A DNA stretch of 63,715 nucleotides, the filler included, from Sphacelaria rigidula (lineage: Eukaryota), in assembly GCA_964200075.2 (NCBI GenBank). It is 8 parts of 8 records of this genome, joined end to end, with 100 filler letters (N's around TTAATTAATTAA, not from the genome) between each part and the next. Parts side by side here need not be neighbours in the genome. Positions count along the whole stretch, not along the records: positions 7,979 to 15,856 come from CAXNAA020013127.1; positions 15,957 to 23,834 come from CAXNAA020013128.1; positions 23,935 to 31,811 come from CAXNAA020013130.1; 5 more parts are not named here. The stretch is one strand, 5' to 3'. The position numbers were made by a program, and so were the translations under genes. This document shows, piece by piece, positions 13,201 to 25,251 of this stretch. Every line of letters starts with the position of its first letter. The first letter of the stretch is position 1. The notes below the pieces were generated by a model, which saw only the letters and a list, made by a program, of their open reading frames with translations, was not told the origin of the DNA and did no database searches.

Positions 13201-15471
13201 TTAATCCTTTGGGAACTCAAGTGCTGATTCTTGTTTTGATTCTTGTTGTGTGAATCTTTGTGAGTCGGCATCATTTTGACTTCAAAATGACTGAAAATGA
13301 TGCCGATTCACCAGAACAAAAATCACCACTCCCTGGGGGTCTAGTTTCCAAAGGGTTAAAACGGCGTGAGGTTTTATGGTTTTGTGCGACGAACTTTGAC
13401 GTGCCGCGGTGACACCGCAAACTTCTTGATTTTTCGTACGAAAACGGCGTTTGTCGGCCTTCTCTGACGTGAACATGACAATTTAAGCATCAGTTGATCG
13501 AGTTTGGCCACGAAATCCAGGAGGGCCCTCTACTGGGTTATGCGGCGACAGCTCGTCCACGGAAAAAAGGGACAAAAATCGTAGTGCCGGTTTTCCGGGG
13601 TCCCATGGTGGAGACTACTTCAAAAACCGACTTGGATCCCGTGGGACCCCCGAAAAACGGTGAAACCCCAAGAAGTAAAGAAACCTCGTCCATGGAAAAT
13701 TGATTAATGACACATAGCATATTTGTGCAAAGTTTCAGGGTCTAACTCCTCATTACGGCGTGAAGGTTCGCGCGTTTGTGGAGGACGTGGCCTTGAAGCG
13801 TGCAACTCCTAGCTACTTGGTTTCAGTATGAAAACGTCTTTCGGGGTGAACTTTACGTCAAGGCAAAAACAACTTTACGGGGTCTTCAGTTTTCTCCACC
13901 AAACTTTGTACGCATGTTCCCTGGACTGTCCCGGGACGCATCTTTTTGATTTTGTTTTGCTTTTGGGGCATTCTACACCGCGTTCCGTGGGTCTTCATAC
14001 GGGGACCCCTGGAAGCCGGTAGATAAAGGAGAAACCATAAAATATTCACTGCCAAGAATACATTTTTTCCCATTTGAAGCATCAATGCCCACGGAACTGC
14101 CAAGTTTGAGGGCGATCTGAGCTCTCCTACAACAGATACAGGGAACACCGTCACGAGGCTCCCTGGGTCTTTCGTGCGTATCATGAGTGGAAAATAGACG
14201 ACGCCAACACTCGACATCACCGAAATATTACGGTTTCGGGTATGATTCGAAATGTGGAGATTGGGTGAATATTGGGCTTGGAATTCGTAACTTCGATCTC
14301 GGAACAAATTGGCGGTTGCTGATTGGTCGATATACCTTCCCGCCCTTAGCGCACAAATCCGGCTATGTCACGCTCTTGATCTGTCCATGGCGGTCAGTAT
14401 GATATCATGTATGCGACTGTTGGGTAGGTATTGCGAAAGGCATTTGCTGATGACAAAAATTTGGGTAAGAAGCGTGAACCAGCCTGCAGGGTGTAGGCGA
14501 CGAACGGCCCGTGAGCAATTCAAAACGCGAAATCATGCCGCGTCAAAGAATCCGATGAGAGGACGCGGTATTCAGAGGCGATGACAAGAGCACCTGATGG
14601 TGTATTGCTGGATAGTATTTTGGAAAGCTGCCCACCGTGTCCATCAGAAGGTGCAATATACTGCGTGCTTCCGTCGTTCGATATGCACTTGACGAGGTAC
14701 GTTCCAGTGAAACGCTCAGTGGTGTTCGTATTAGCCCCTGAATATGTCTCCTTGCTTCTTTTCCCTGACACAATCTATTATATGGTTTCGTGTGTTTCGG
14801 GCCGGTCAAGTGCCGCTTGCCGCTTACATCCTGTTGGCAACGCGTGCGTTGCACTCAGGTGGCGAAAATGAAGACAAATATCATCATTCACTCGATTGTT
14901 CTTTTAACGGAGAATATTTGCCATACAGAAGAGGCTTGTTCGATTCTTTCTGTGAGTATATGTGGTTACTTCGGACCATCGCTTTGTGAATGGGTCTCAT
15001 TGACTGGGAACGAGAACCCGTTCCGCGTATACCTCTTAGCGGACAAAGTATTTGGCTCCTGGATGAATGAAGTATTGCGTATCAAGTGTTTTCCGGGTTT
15101 TTTCAGTGAATGCCAATCACACCCAGGGGCTTTTTTTCGTACGTTTGTGAAAGAATCACCCTACGATAGGAGGGGGGGGGGGTATTCTGGGCCACTTCTT
15201 GCACGAAATTCCAAGACAAATCGCCGCTGAATTCAGCAGCGGTTGCTCGAACGAGCTTGTTATAGATACATAACGCTAATTCATACTGATTGACACCGTT
15301 TTGAACCAAATACCAGCGCATCGCGAGTGTTGCAGGTAATCTGACACACGTATCAGCCTTTTTTTTCGTGCAATCAAATACCCCCCCCCCCCCCCCCCCC
15401 CCCCCCCTCCCNNNNNNNNNTATCCTCCTTTTTTTTCGTGCAACCAAAACCCCCCCCCCCCCCCCCCTATC

Positions 15472-15546
15472 GCTCCGTCTCGAAAGGGATGCGTGGTCAA
15501 TGGTCAAATGACTAAGGCAAGCAACAAATGAGTGCGCCCCCCCCCC
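15472..15546 (+). repeat. C70 dispersed repeat
   Basis: gctccgtctcgaaagggatgcgtggtcaatggtcaaatgactaaggcaagcaacaaatgagtgcgcccccc. Confidence 0.85.
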
Positions 15547-15856
15547 ATCGTACTGTTGAAGAAGTTGTGGGAAGCTGGAATCAGAGGAAAGATGTGGAGA
15601 ATGGTGAAAAAAATGACAGAATGCCATGATGCTAGACGGGGAAATATCGCAATATTTCGATATCTTACAAGGAGTAGCACAAGGATGTACGTTACCACCC
15701 ACTTTGTTTAAGATGTTTAGAAATGACTTGATAATAGCAATAGAAGCAGCAAAGCAAGGGGTTCAGGTGGGTGGAGATATGGTATCAGGATTGATGTTCG
15801 CGGATGATTTTGTGGGGATTTCAGGGACACCAGAAGGACTACAGACACAGATGGAC
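15547..15856 (+). mobile_element. Non-LTR retrotransposon (LINE) reverse transcriptase fragment
   Basis: LLKKLWEAGIRGKMWRMVK, then GVAQGCTLPPTLF and LMFADD motifs; cut by the contig end. Confidence 0.9.
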
Positions 15857-15956
15857 NNNNNNNNNNNNNNNNNNNNNNNNNNNNNNNNNNNNNNNNNNNN
15901 TTAATTAATTAANNNNNNNNNNNNNNNNNNNNNNNNNNNNNNNNNNNNNNNNNNNN
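15857..15956. other. Artificial contig linker
   Basis: Same 100-nt N/TTAATTAATTAA linker. Confidence 0.97.
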
Positions 15957-16138
15957 CCCGCACCGCGTCAACTCACGTCACACAAACCCAGTCGACTACT
16001 TAGTATGCTCACGTTCTCACGCTTTCCACGGTGGAAATCATATATTACGAAGAAAAAACCCGACGCATCGGGAATCGAACCCCCGTTGTCTCCACCCTGA
16101 TGGTGACAGTCGAACCATAACACCACCGGGGCGCGGCT
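15957..16138 (-). mobile_element. tRNA-derived SINE family B (5' part)
   Basis: Head ccccggtggtgttatggttcgactgtcacc...gggttcgattcccgatgcgtc; body matches 27838-28010. Confidence 0.75.
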
Positions 16139-16164
16139 GATTACCACCGTTGAAAACGAGAGTA

Positions 16165-16360
16165 CACCTGTGAACAGAAAGTAGTTGACTGAGTTTGCTT
16201 GATGAAAGCTGACACGGTGCGGGAGTGATGATTATGATCCAACCCGCAGGACCAAATGCAAAGTGTGTACCGGGGAGATATGGGTAGATCCCTTGAGACC
16301 ATTAGACCACGGACTCGTCTTGAGGAAGGGGAGGGGTTGAAAGTGCGACAAACAATAAAC
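16165..16360 (+). mobile_element. SINE family B 3' body
   Basis: agtagttgactgagtttg...gaccaaatgcaa...gatcccttgaga...gggaggggttgaaagt matches ~27975-28140. Confidence 0.7.
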
Positions 16361-19017
16361 AATGAATAAATGAATAATGTGAATGAATGTTCACTCCAGG
16401 AATGACACGGTGTCACTCCAAGGAGTGACCCAAGACGCTGGAACTGGTGACCCCCAAGTTGGTGACCGTATCTCGGGACGAATTAATTATATATCCAGCA
16501 GATATGGTCATGGAGGGCGTTAGTGCAGGCGTGGGCGGCGACCGACCCGGCGGGGTGATTCGGGTGACGAGCTTGTCGGCAGTCGTGGTGGAAGCTTGGG
16601 TTTGCTACGCCGTTTCCGGGCTGTCCGGTGCTCTAAGGTTGCTCGACTACAATTGGGTGAGCCATGTATGTAGGTTCTTTTCTTTTCTTTTTTTCTGTTC
16701 GTTGATCGACCGGTTGTTCCACGTCTGTGCTTCAGCAATCAAAGCCCTCGTTATTATGCCTCGATGGCGGGTTCAAACGATGGCTGGAATGCTAATCGCC
16801 GGCGACATGAAGGCACTCGCAAGCGTATCCGTACGTGCCGCACATTTTGTTGCTTGGCTTTGAGTGGTCTGATTACGAGCTGGACCAGCTTAAAAGCTGC
16901 TAAAAGTTGCTCACACCACAGCTTCCCCAGTTTCCCGAATAAACCCGATGTAAGCGTATCACTGTGAACTGCTGACCCACCTGATGACAAAGGACTGCGT
17001 CGCTGTTCGATTGGCGTCGTATTGCCGATGACGTTACCGTACTGCATAGAGTACAGGGTGGGTATCATATCGTTGAGCGATAGCGTGTCGGAGTGCGTTT
17101 TTTTTTTTTTTTAATGCGGCGGGTTCACGTCAGCAATCACCCCGCACTGGGTATTAGTGTGGTGCAGCAGCATCACGGAAAATATCAAACGCACGGCCCA
17201 ATTCGATGAGTCTTGAGCTGAAATTTCAAGAAGACCTTCTGCACCCAAGGAACTGATATCATGAAAAGGTGCTGTCAAAATTTCAGCGTCCAACTCCTAA
17301 TATCTCGCCGTGCGTCGCCTGAGCGAAGTTCGCGCCTACTCTTGGCCGGCCCAGCTCGTAACCCTTTTGGTACCGGGCCTCCAGAACGGCTAATGAGGCT
17401 GGTTGGGAATGACGTGTCTGGCGTCTGCACGAAACATACAGTGGCGTGTGAAAATCCGCGTATGTAACCGCAGGGTTATGACAGAAAGTTTCATCCAAGC
17501 TATTTTCAGGTGCAGGGGTGCGCATTAGGTCTTGTGTATCTGATGTAGCAAGCAGTATGGGGCGCGGTAGAGAGCTTTCAACGGGATACGGCGACCGTCG
17601 GGCCGCCCGCTACTTGTGACTTTGGATGGTATTTTTGTCCCCATCACCTTGCCACACAGCCCTTTGCGGTTGGGGTGGGCCGCTATTTCCCTCTTTCTTG
17701 CATGCGGCAAGTTCTCTTCGAATGGTGTATCAGCTTTGCGGCGCGCATACATACAGCAGTATAGTACAGTACACTGTAGTACGCCCCCCCGACTGCAGCA
17801 GCAGCTACCGTTGCATACTCCCTTGCACGTTCTGGGCAATTCTCAGCCACCGAGATCAACTGCCTATATACTGCTTCTTCATCCGCGCCTACTACCTACA
17901 TGTTAACTGTACACTGCAAGTCATCGGCATAGGGATAAGCAGACTTCATGACGGTAGCTCATTTTGTCTTTCCACGGCCCACCTGGGTTTAGTGCCTCGT
18001 GAAAATGACCGCATTGTAGCATGTACACTCCTTCCCGTTTTTTTCCGGTCCACCCTTGTTGGTATAAATTACTGCGTTTCAGTATGGTATTGGGACCCAA
18101 AAATCACTCCGGAAAAAGTCGGGAACGCTATATCAAGTGCAAGTAATACTAAAAAACAAGCTGCGACCACCCTGCACTTGGAAACCTGGGGAGGCTTATC
18201 TGGGCCAGGGATAGGCCCCCCACACGATCTCGGTAGTGGCATCACACTCGATAACAATCCCCGCGCTGGTCGTTTGGGTCTGGTCGATAAATTTCGCCTC
18301 GCCGTGATTAGGCAGATCGCTCGAAGACTTATTTTTTATTATTCCACTAACACATTGTCAATCCTGCGTCAGTGGGGGTCCGGTCCCAAAAGAGTTAACA
18401 TGATTTAAAAAGATGGTCTTGAACATACGCATTTGTTGCGTGCACCCTAGATGCCGATGGTGGTAGGTATGGCTGTGGTTTTGCGCAAGACCTTTTTCAC
18501 CGAAGCCATGTGGCATAGGCCGGCCATTTTGTTTTTGTTCTTAGTCTACTCTGTTGTTCTGTTTGACCTTTTCTCTTTGTTCTTCCTTTCGGCGAGTGTT
18601 TCAGCTTGTTCTATCTCGTTTAGGTCTATCATGTTACCACCGCTGGATCCATGGGGGGTCAGTTAAAGTGCGACAACCAATCAAATCAATTGATTAATTA
18701 ATCGATCGATCAAGTGACCGTGTGTAACAATGCCCACCAGCCTTCACGAAGACTAGGTTCACTTGAGAACCTTTGCGGATTTCGAAGAGGTACCCGATCC
18801 GCTACCAAGTTACGATAAGCGCACCCAAGAAACACGTTCGCCTGAAAAAATCGGATTGGAAAAAAGACTCATGGAGGACGAAAAGAAGGAGTAACAGAAC
18901 GAGAACATAAAAGGAGAGACAGAGATGCCGATAGAGACACATGCGTGCTGTTGTGGCCCCTTTCGTCTGTACGGGTGCTTGCTATATCGATTAGTTCGCT
19001 GTAGTTATGTAGTGGAA

Positions 19018-19355
19018 ACCGGTCGCCCCGGTGGCTCAGTTCGTAACCTCGTAACCTTTTGACGGTTGGGACGTGGGTTCAATTCTCGAAGCGATTTGGG
19101 ATTTTGTTTTACACCATGCCCAGCAGTGGAGAGCGACCATGTCATGGGTACACAAAATTCGACTTCACGGTCGACGGGGGTAAGGGACTACTAAACCCCT
19201 CTCGCGATAAAAAAAGAAGGACATGCACCGCAAAAGGAAGGTGAGGTACTAAAAACAAATTAAAAATAAGTTCCTGTGTTGACCTTTCTCCTGTGTGACC
19301 CCGGCTGGTGCGCCCACATACACCGAAAGGGGGAACCCGGCGCCCAGAATAGATG
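19018..19355 (+). mobile_element. tRNA-derived SINE family A
   Basis: ccggtcgccccggtggctcagttcgtaacc...gtgggttcaattctc head plus family A body. Confidence 0.8.
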
Positions 19356-19506
19356 GGACGACAACACACATACACACACACACAGTTACGTGCTCTGCAA
19401 GCTGGCCACGGCTTTAAACAGGCACAGCTACACGCTTCTTTTCGAGATGTTGAGGTACGCGTGCAAACTCCGCCCTCCCCTCTCTCCGTATTAGGAGTAG
19501 GAACGG

Positions 19507-19580
19507 TGCTCCGTCTCGAAAGGGATGCGTGGTCAATGGTCAAACGACTAAGGCAAGCAACACATGAGAACGCCCCCCCT
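19507..19580 (+). repeat. C70 dispersed repeat
   Basis: Near-identical to the copy at 15472. Confidence 0.85.
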
Positions 19581-19739
19581 CTCTCCTTCCACCCCGCGGC
19601 CTCCGTGCCCCTTATTCTGGGTTGAGTTGTGTGTTCAAGGTTACTCTGTTGAGGGATAGCTATCTCCATCTTGAATTCCTCGCGAGGTGTGGCTGTTGTT
19701 GTGCTAACGAGGGCAGTTCCCCGATCGGCGGCTCTCAAC

Positions 19740-22700
19740 GCGGCAGCCTGTTGTTTGTGGCGGCGGCGCGATTCGCGTTTGCCTTCGCGTCGCCGTAAGT
19801 CCTCACACTCTTCCGCCTCCGTCTCGACCCCAAGATGCTAATTGTTTATTTTCCTCGCCGCAGCACACCCAACTGTGTGCGTCGTTAACCTCTACATCGT
19901 AGACGAATCATTTCCGTCGCGCCCCTTTGCGTGGAAGAAACCCCTAGTTCACGGAGGTCCTCCTGGAAGTTTCCTCTCAGTGTTAGGGGAGGCGATCAGC
20001 CTCCTTGGGCCTTTGTGCGGCTAACCGTCCATTAATGAGGCGTGGAGAGATGCGCTTCGTCCTACCGGACAAGGGTCCGTGTGAGCCAGAGTTGACGCTT
20101 GCGAGTAATCGTCTGGATACATTGGCAGTCGGTTATCTCGATCACAGCCCTTTACGGAAGATTCTTCTAGCCCATTTTCTGCGGAATCCAACTGCTCATG
20201 GTGAAAGCTTGTCATGGGCAGTGCGCAGACTATCGAAGTTCTGAGAACGTCATGTCCATGTGGCACATCCGTACAACAGAGCTGTCATCACCTCCGCTTG
20301 GAGCTGCCGGGTTTTCAAAGATGGTTGGGCGTTAGGCCGATCGTAGGGGTGGAAGCTATTCTTGGTGGCGGTTGATTGCGATGGAATTTTTCGCATCTGC
20401 GCTGACAATACCACCAAGGTAGATCAACTTGGCCGTCTGCCAACACCGCGCTGATGTGCAGGGCTGTCTCTGTGGAGCTGGATACTGACCACAGGCGCGT
20501 AGATTCTGTCGTGCTCTCCGAAACCGTCAATCCGAACTCCTGGCACCACTACCACGGCCATGTTTCTAGCAAAGTCATACTCGCGGGTCCTGGAGACTAT
20601 GCCAGCGTTACTCGCACAAGGCATTGTCCACACCGCGCGTTGTACCTTCTTCAGCGGCGTGTCTTCGAAAAGTCAACCAATCGTCACCTTTTGACGCATC
20701 ATGTAGAAAAATCGGGTCTGAGACGATGGCTGGGCCCGCCGCGAACCGCTGTACAATGGCGTCGACCAAGACTGCGCCGGTGATGTTGAACAACAGCCAG
20801 GACGGAACGCACCGTGTCAGACATGGAATCACGGTGATAGTTGGCCATCAGCTGAGCCCGAGCTCGCATGGCAAGTACTTCCCACAGGAGAGCGTGTTCT
20901 ACGGAATTCGTAGGCCTTCCGTAGGTCGATGAAATACATGTTTAGTGGAACATTGCTCGGCCGTCTCCATTCCTGCAGTCGGCGTACTACGAACATATGT
21001 CCGCGGTCGATCGCTGACGCCGGAATCCGCACTGCTCTCCTGAGAAGGCATCTGCCTCCTCACTGGAAATTATTGAGCCAGGTCGTAATGATTTTTGGGA
21101 AAACTTGAGCAGCGTGTGCGACGAGTGAAAATGCTCCTGTAGCCACCTCATTCGGTCTCGTCCTTCTCTTCGTGAACAACGTTTGGCAGTGACATTTTTC
21201 CACACTTGCGATACTTCGCCAGACGTCGAGACCGCAGCAATGATGCTGTGGGAGTGGTTCAGACTATCCGAAGGCTCCCCGCTCTGTCCAAAGGTTCAGG
21301 ATTTCAGCCAATAGACCACCTAGATCCGTCACTTTGCTGTTTGCCTTTGCTCTCAGAGCCTTCTCAGTTTCATTTGTGCTTGGCGCGTCTCCGGGTGACG
21401 ACGCTATCGGTCGCTGCGCGATGTGCTCGATGACGTCTCGGCCGATGGTTGCCGGTATGGCGTTCATTAAGGTGGAGAAGTACAGGTCCCACCTCTCACC
21501 GCTCAAGCCTCCGTCTCGCAGTATGTTCCAACCCTCGTCGCGGATGTACTGCTTGCTCTCTACTTGTCGTCCCGACTTTGTCTCACACTATGTTGCCGTC
21601 CTTGTGTCGCATGTACTGATCGCTCCCTTCTTGTTGTCCCGACAGACAACACTCTCCTTTCAGGTGTCTGCACCATCCTCTCATGTCCTCCACTCGAAAG
21701 TACTCCTCCAACTCTCTAGCATACGTATCCAGGTACCTGGCCACACCAGTGTGGATCGCCTCATTCAGTTTCCCCCACGCTGCTCGCCACGTGCGCCATT
21801 CCGGTCTCTCTCTCTTTATAGCCCCAATCGTACCGTCAACCTCGCCCTTTCCCTTTCATTGTAGGCCTGTTGGAACTGGGTTCGAATGGTAAATCCTCTT
21901 ACCACCCCGGTCAACGTGAGTTTCGGTCAGACGTGGCACATCCATTTCATCGGCGCTCACGAGTACGTCGGCGAAGTTCGCAGGCATTGCACTGACTGTC
22001 GCCATGTCTACCCTTTTTGAGGTCTCTAATGATGAGCTGCGTGAGTTGCTCACGCCAATCAGTGTCGGATATTATTGGACGTTCGTCGATCGGGTTGCGC
22101 CCAATTGGGATTCGCCTAGGTCTGTTGTGTGCGAAGCGACCATGAAGCCGCACTGAGGTGCATAGGATGTTGTGGTCAGAGTCCGACGAGATGGGTGGTT
22201 GAAGGTGGACGGTGGTCTTGCTCAGTAAGGATGTGATCAATGCGTTTTTTTCCCGCGGGATGATTTGCAATACCGTTGAACGTCGCGATTTGTTTCGCTC
22301 GGGGGTGGAAAAACACCCGTTGAACGAGGGGAGCCTGTTGTCACCTGCAAACGGTAGTACAGAGGTGCCGTTGATATCGTCGATTCGGGAATTCCAGCCG
22401 TATCTCCCCGCTATTTTTCACTCATATTCGCCTGTTCGTGGCCCTTTCCTAGCGTTAACGTCTATGACAGTGAAGACGTGGTGTTTGCTGGGGACTCGGT
22501 TGACAATGCTGTCCAACTCAGTCCAAAACATCTCTCTTTTGTCCTGACTTGTATGTATCCGTAGGGGCACTGACAACTGTAAGCGTGACAGTATTTGATT
22601 TGCCTTCGAGTTAGTAAGTCATGGACATGTGGTGTTCGCTGATGGTGAGTGCCTGAGTTCACGTCGCCTTACTGATGATGAACTTCTTGACCACCAACCC

Positions 22701-23090
22701 GACCCCATGTTGTCCAGCCCTTCCCTTGGCCCCTGCCGCCCCGCAGCAGAAGACACGATATTCCGCAGAAATGAACTTGGCTCGACCCGGTCTTTTCGTC
22801 TCCTGTAGTCCGATGACGTCACATCCCACCGCTCTCCTTTTTTCCAGAATCACCTCAGCATGGCCAACCTCGGTCTCCCCCGGGAGAGACGGTTTACGGA
22901 GGTTGTAGGTCGCCACGTTGAGCTCCCCCATACGCGACCTAGCGCTGCCTCATCTACCTTCACACGTCTTTCTCGTGTCGTGCCCTCCTCTTGGGCGTGT
23001 TTAGCCTCCTTAGTAAACGTGCGAGCTTTTTTTCGATGTTCTCTTTGGCGTTTCGATCACGGTACTTGCCGTGTGTTTTGATCTCGTGAG
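19740..23090 (-). mobile_element. Degenerate near-full-length LINE (RTE-like): APE endonuclease plus RT, many frameshifts and stops
   Basis: APE motifs VATYNLR, DVIGLQETK, GQHGVGLVVK (22659-22931) and SDHNIL (~22170); RT motifs EQCGFRRQRST and MYFIDLRKAY (~20900-21050). Confidence 0.88.
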
Positions 23091-23834
23091 AAGGATGTAG
23101 CCTGCCCACCCCGCGTCGGCCATTAGCTGTAATCCGCCGAATGTGGTACCTTACACACACGCTTCCCATCTCCATCAACGTGTTTTCCGTGACAGTCCCC
23201 CAACTTCGGGTCAAACTTTGATTAAAACTCTGCAACTGCGGTGTGCCGTTTGGACCTTAGTACAGAGCAACACTTCGCAGCTGCAGGGTGAAGCCTGGAG
23301 GTCAACACTGTCAGCATGGCCCGTTGCCTCGGTTGTGTCTTGCATCACCGCTGACACAAACACACAGTCTGTAGGTCATGTCACTTTCTCCCACGCGTGT
23401 TTGTGTCGTTTGGTATCGACTACTGAAACTACGACGTGTTCCGCAGTGCCTGACATACTGAGCCATACCGTACCCCGCGACTCCCTCAACCATTTGCGGG
23501 AGTTTCTGAATCCTCTCCCCGACCCCCCGTTGTCTCAAGGCTATGCCTTATTATACTTTGAAATTGGACATTGCACCAACCATGGGTACCTCACACGAAC
23601 GCGTATGATGACCTGCAGTTCGCAAAGTATCTGTCTCCCTCCAACAACCCCCTGTTTCCCCCCGTCTTCCTGATGTGCCCCCCGTGTTCCCCTCGCCCCC
23701 CCCCCCCTCCCTCCCCTCCTCCCCCCCCGGTGAGGCACCCATGAGGCAGTGTATAAGCTGTGGCTGTCTCGGGAAGTGGCGACACCAGAAAATAAAGCAA
23801 CTCATTGTAGGCTGTCATCCAAATGCAAGATAAT

Positions 23835-23934
23835 NNNNNNNNNNNNNNNNNNNNNNNNNNNNNNNNNNNNNNNNNNNNTTAATTAATTAANNNNNNNNNN
23901 NNNNNNNNNNNNNNNNNNNNNNNNNNNNNNNNNN
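23835..23934. other. Artificial contig linker
   Basis: Same 100-nt linker. Confidence 0.97.
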
Positions 23935-24086
23935 CCCCCCCCCCCTTCACCCCCCTCCGAAGGTATACTCGGTGTCTTTCAGTCACCCAGGTATCCAAGA
24001 TTTTTCTACGCCTGACCATACCGCAATGATTCTCCCAGTATGTTCAAAATATCATGTTTTCGGTACGCGTCTCTGCACCAGTCATG

Positions 24087-24091
<5 letters not shown>

Positions 24092-24160
<69 letters not shown>
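24092..24160. repeat. (CA)n microsatellite
   Basis: Direct observation. Confidence 0.98.
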
Positions 24161-24163
<3 letters not shown>

Positions 24164-25251
24164 CTCACCTCGTCGCCTTTACAAGACAACAGTTTGGTAC
24201 GAGAGTTGCGGAACGAACCAGGAACAGGGGGTTCTGAAGAATGGCAACGGACTTCTTGAGCGATAACACACGCGCCGAACAACTCATGAGCTACCCGAAT
24301 ATCACATCTGGTCAGTGTACTGATCCGGATCATGAGCTAAAGTAGCTCATTTGGCACCTTATTCAATATTTCCTTCCCACAGCACTGGACGCCAAGCGCG
24401 CGGATTAGCGCAAAGGTGAAGCGTTTTGGCTTCTCGTACCCCGCTGTCACGTATTTTGTGCTGTTCGACAGCGGATCAGAAAATCCTCTTCGACTACCTT
24501 TTTTAGGTAGCTCATGAGCTGTCCGACGTGTGCATATGGTAACGAATATCCTTCGAGAATGTGTTGACTGGTTGGAATTGATACCCCTCTACGACTCCTT
24601 CGAGGTTTTTTGGGAAGTGGAGGTTGAACCCATTGTGGGCCTCCACTTTGAAGGTTGAAGAACCAAGTGTACGAGGTTGTGGAGAGATTCACGGTGGACA
24701 TCTGTCTGACCGACGTCGACATCTCCCGGTGTCATACTCCTGGTATGCTAGCAGTATATTCGTCACAAGGGTTAGGCTTTTCGTTCCCTCAAAGTTTCTC
24801 GAAGGTACCTCGAAGGGTTACGTACCATTTTCCACGATACCGAATTTTTTTTTCTTTGCGTTCTCATACAGCCAATCTGTTCCCATTTTTCAGAACCGTT
24901 TGTTTCAGGATTCAAATCACAGTTTCGTGTGAGAAACACACGTTGCACGTGTGGTCTTGTTTGTTCTGTCGTTTTTCAAGCGGCAAAACACGCCTATTTA
25001 TCTCAACAGGTGGACGTTGATCGTTGTGTGTTGTATGTTGTCATACCCATCTACTCTGCATGCCAGTCTAAACCTTACGGTATATGTGGGCGCATCAGCC
25101 GGGGTCACACACGAGGAAGGTCAACACACGTCAAGTTGGTGAGGTAATAGTAGCGTCTAAGCGAAAACACAGCACGTTGCATTTCTGTGGAGGAACATCA
25201 ATGCGTTTGTGTACCCTCGCTCGCCCCGTCCGCTACCCTTGAAATGCAAAG

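Noticed and set aside
17626-18408. 260-aa ORF
   Set aside because: No recognisable motif, splice structure or coding-like composition
23240-23560. HDV-like ribozyme in the LINE 5' region
   Set aside because: Known for some RTE elements, but no nested double-pseudoknot pairing could be assigned by eye
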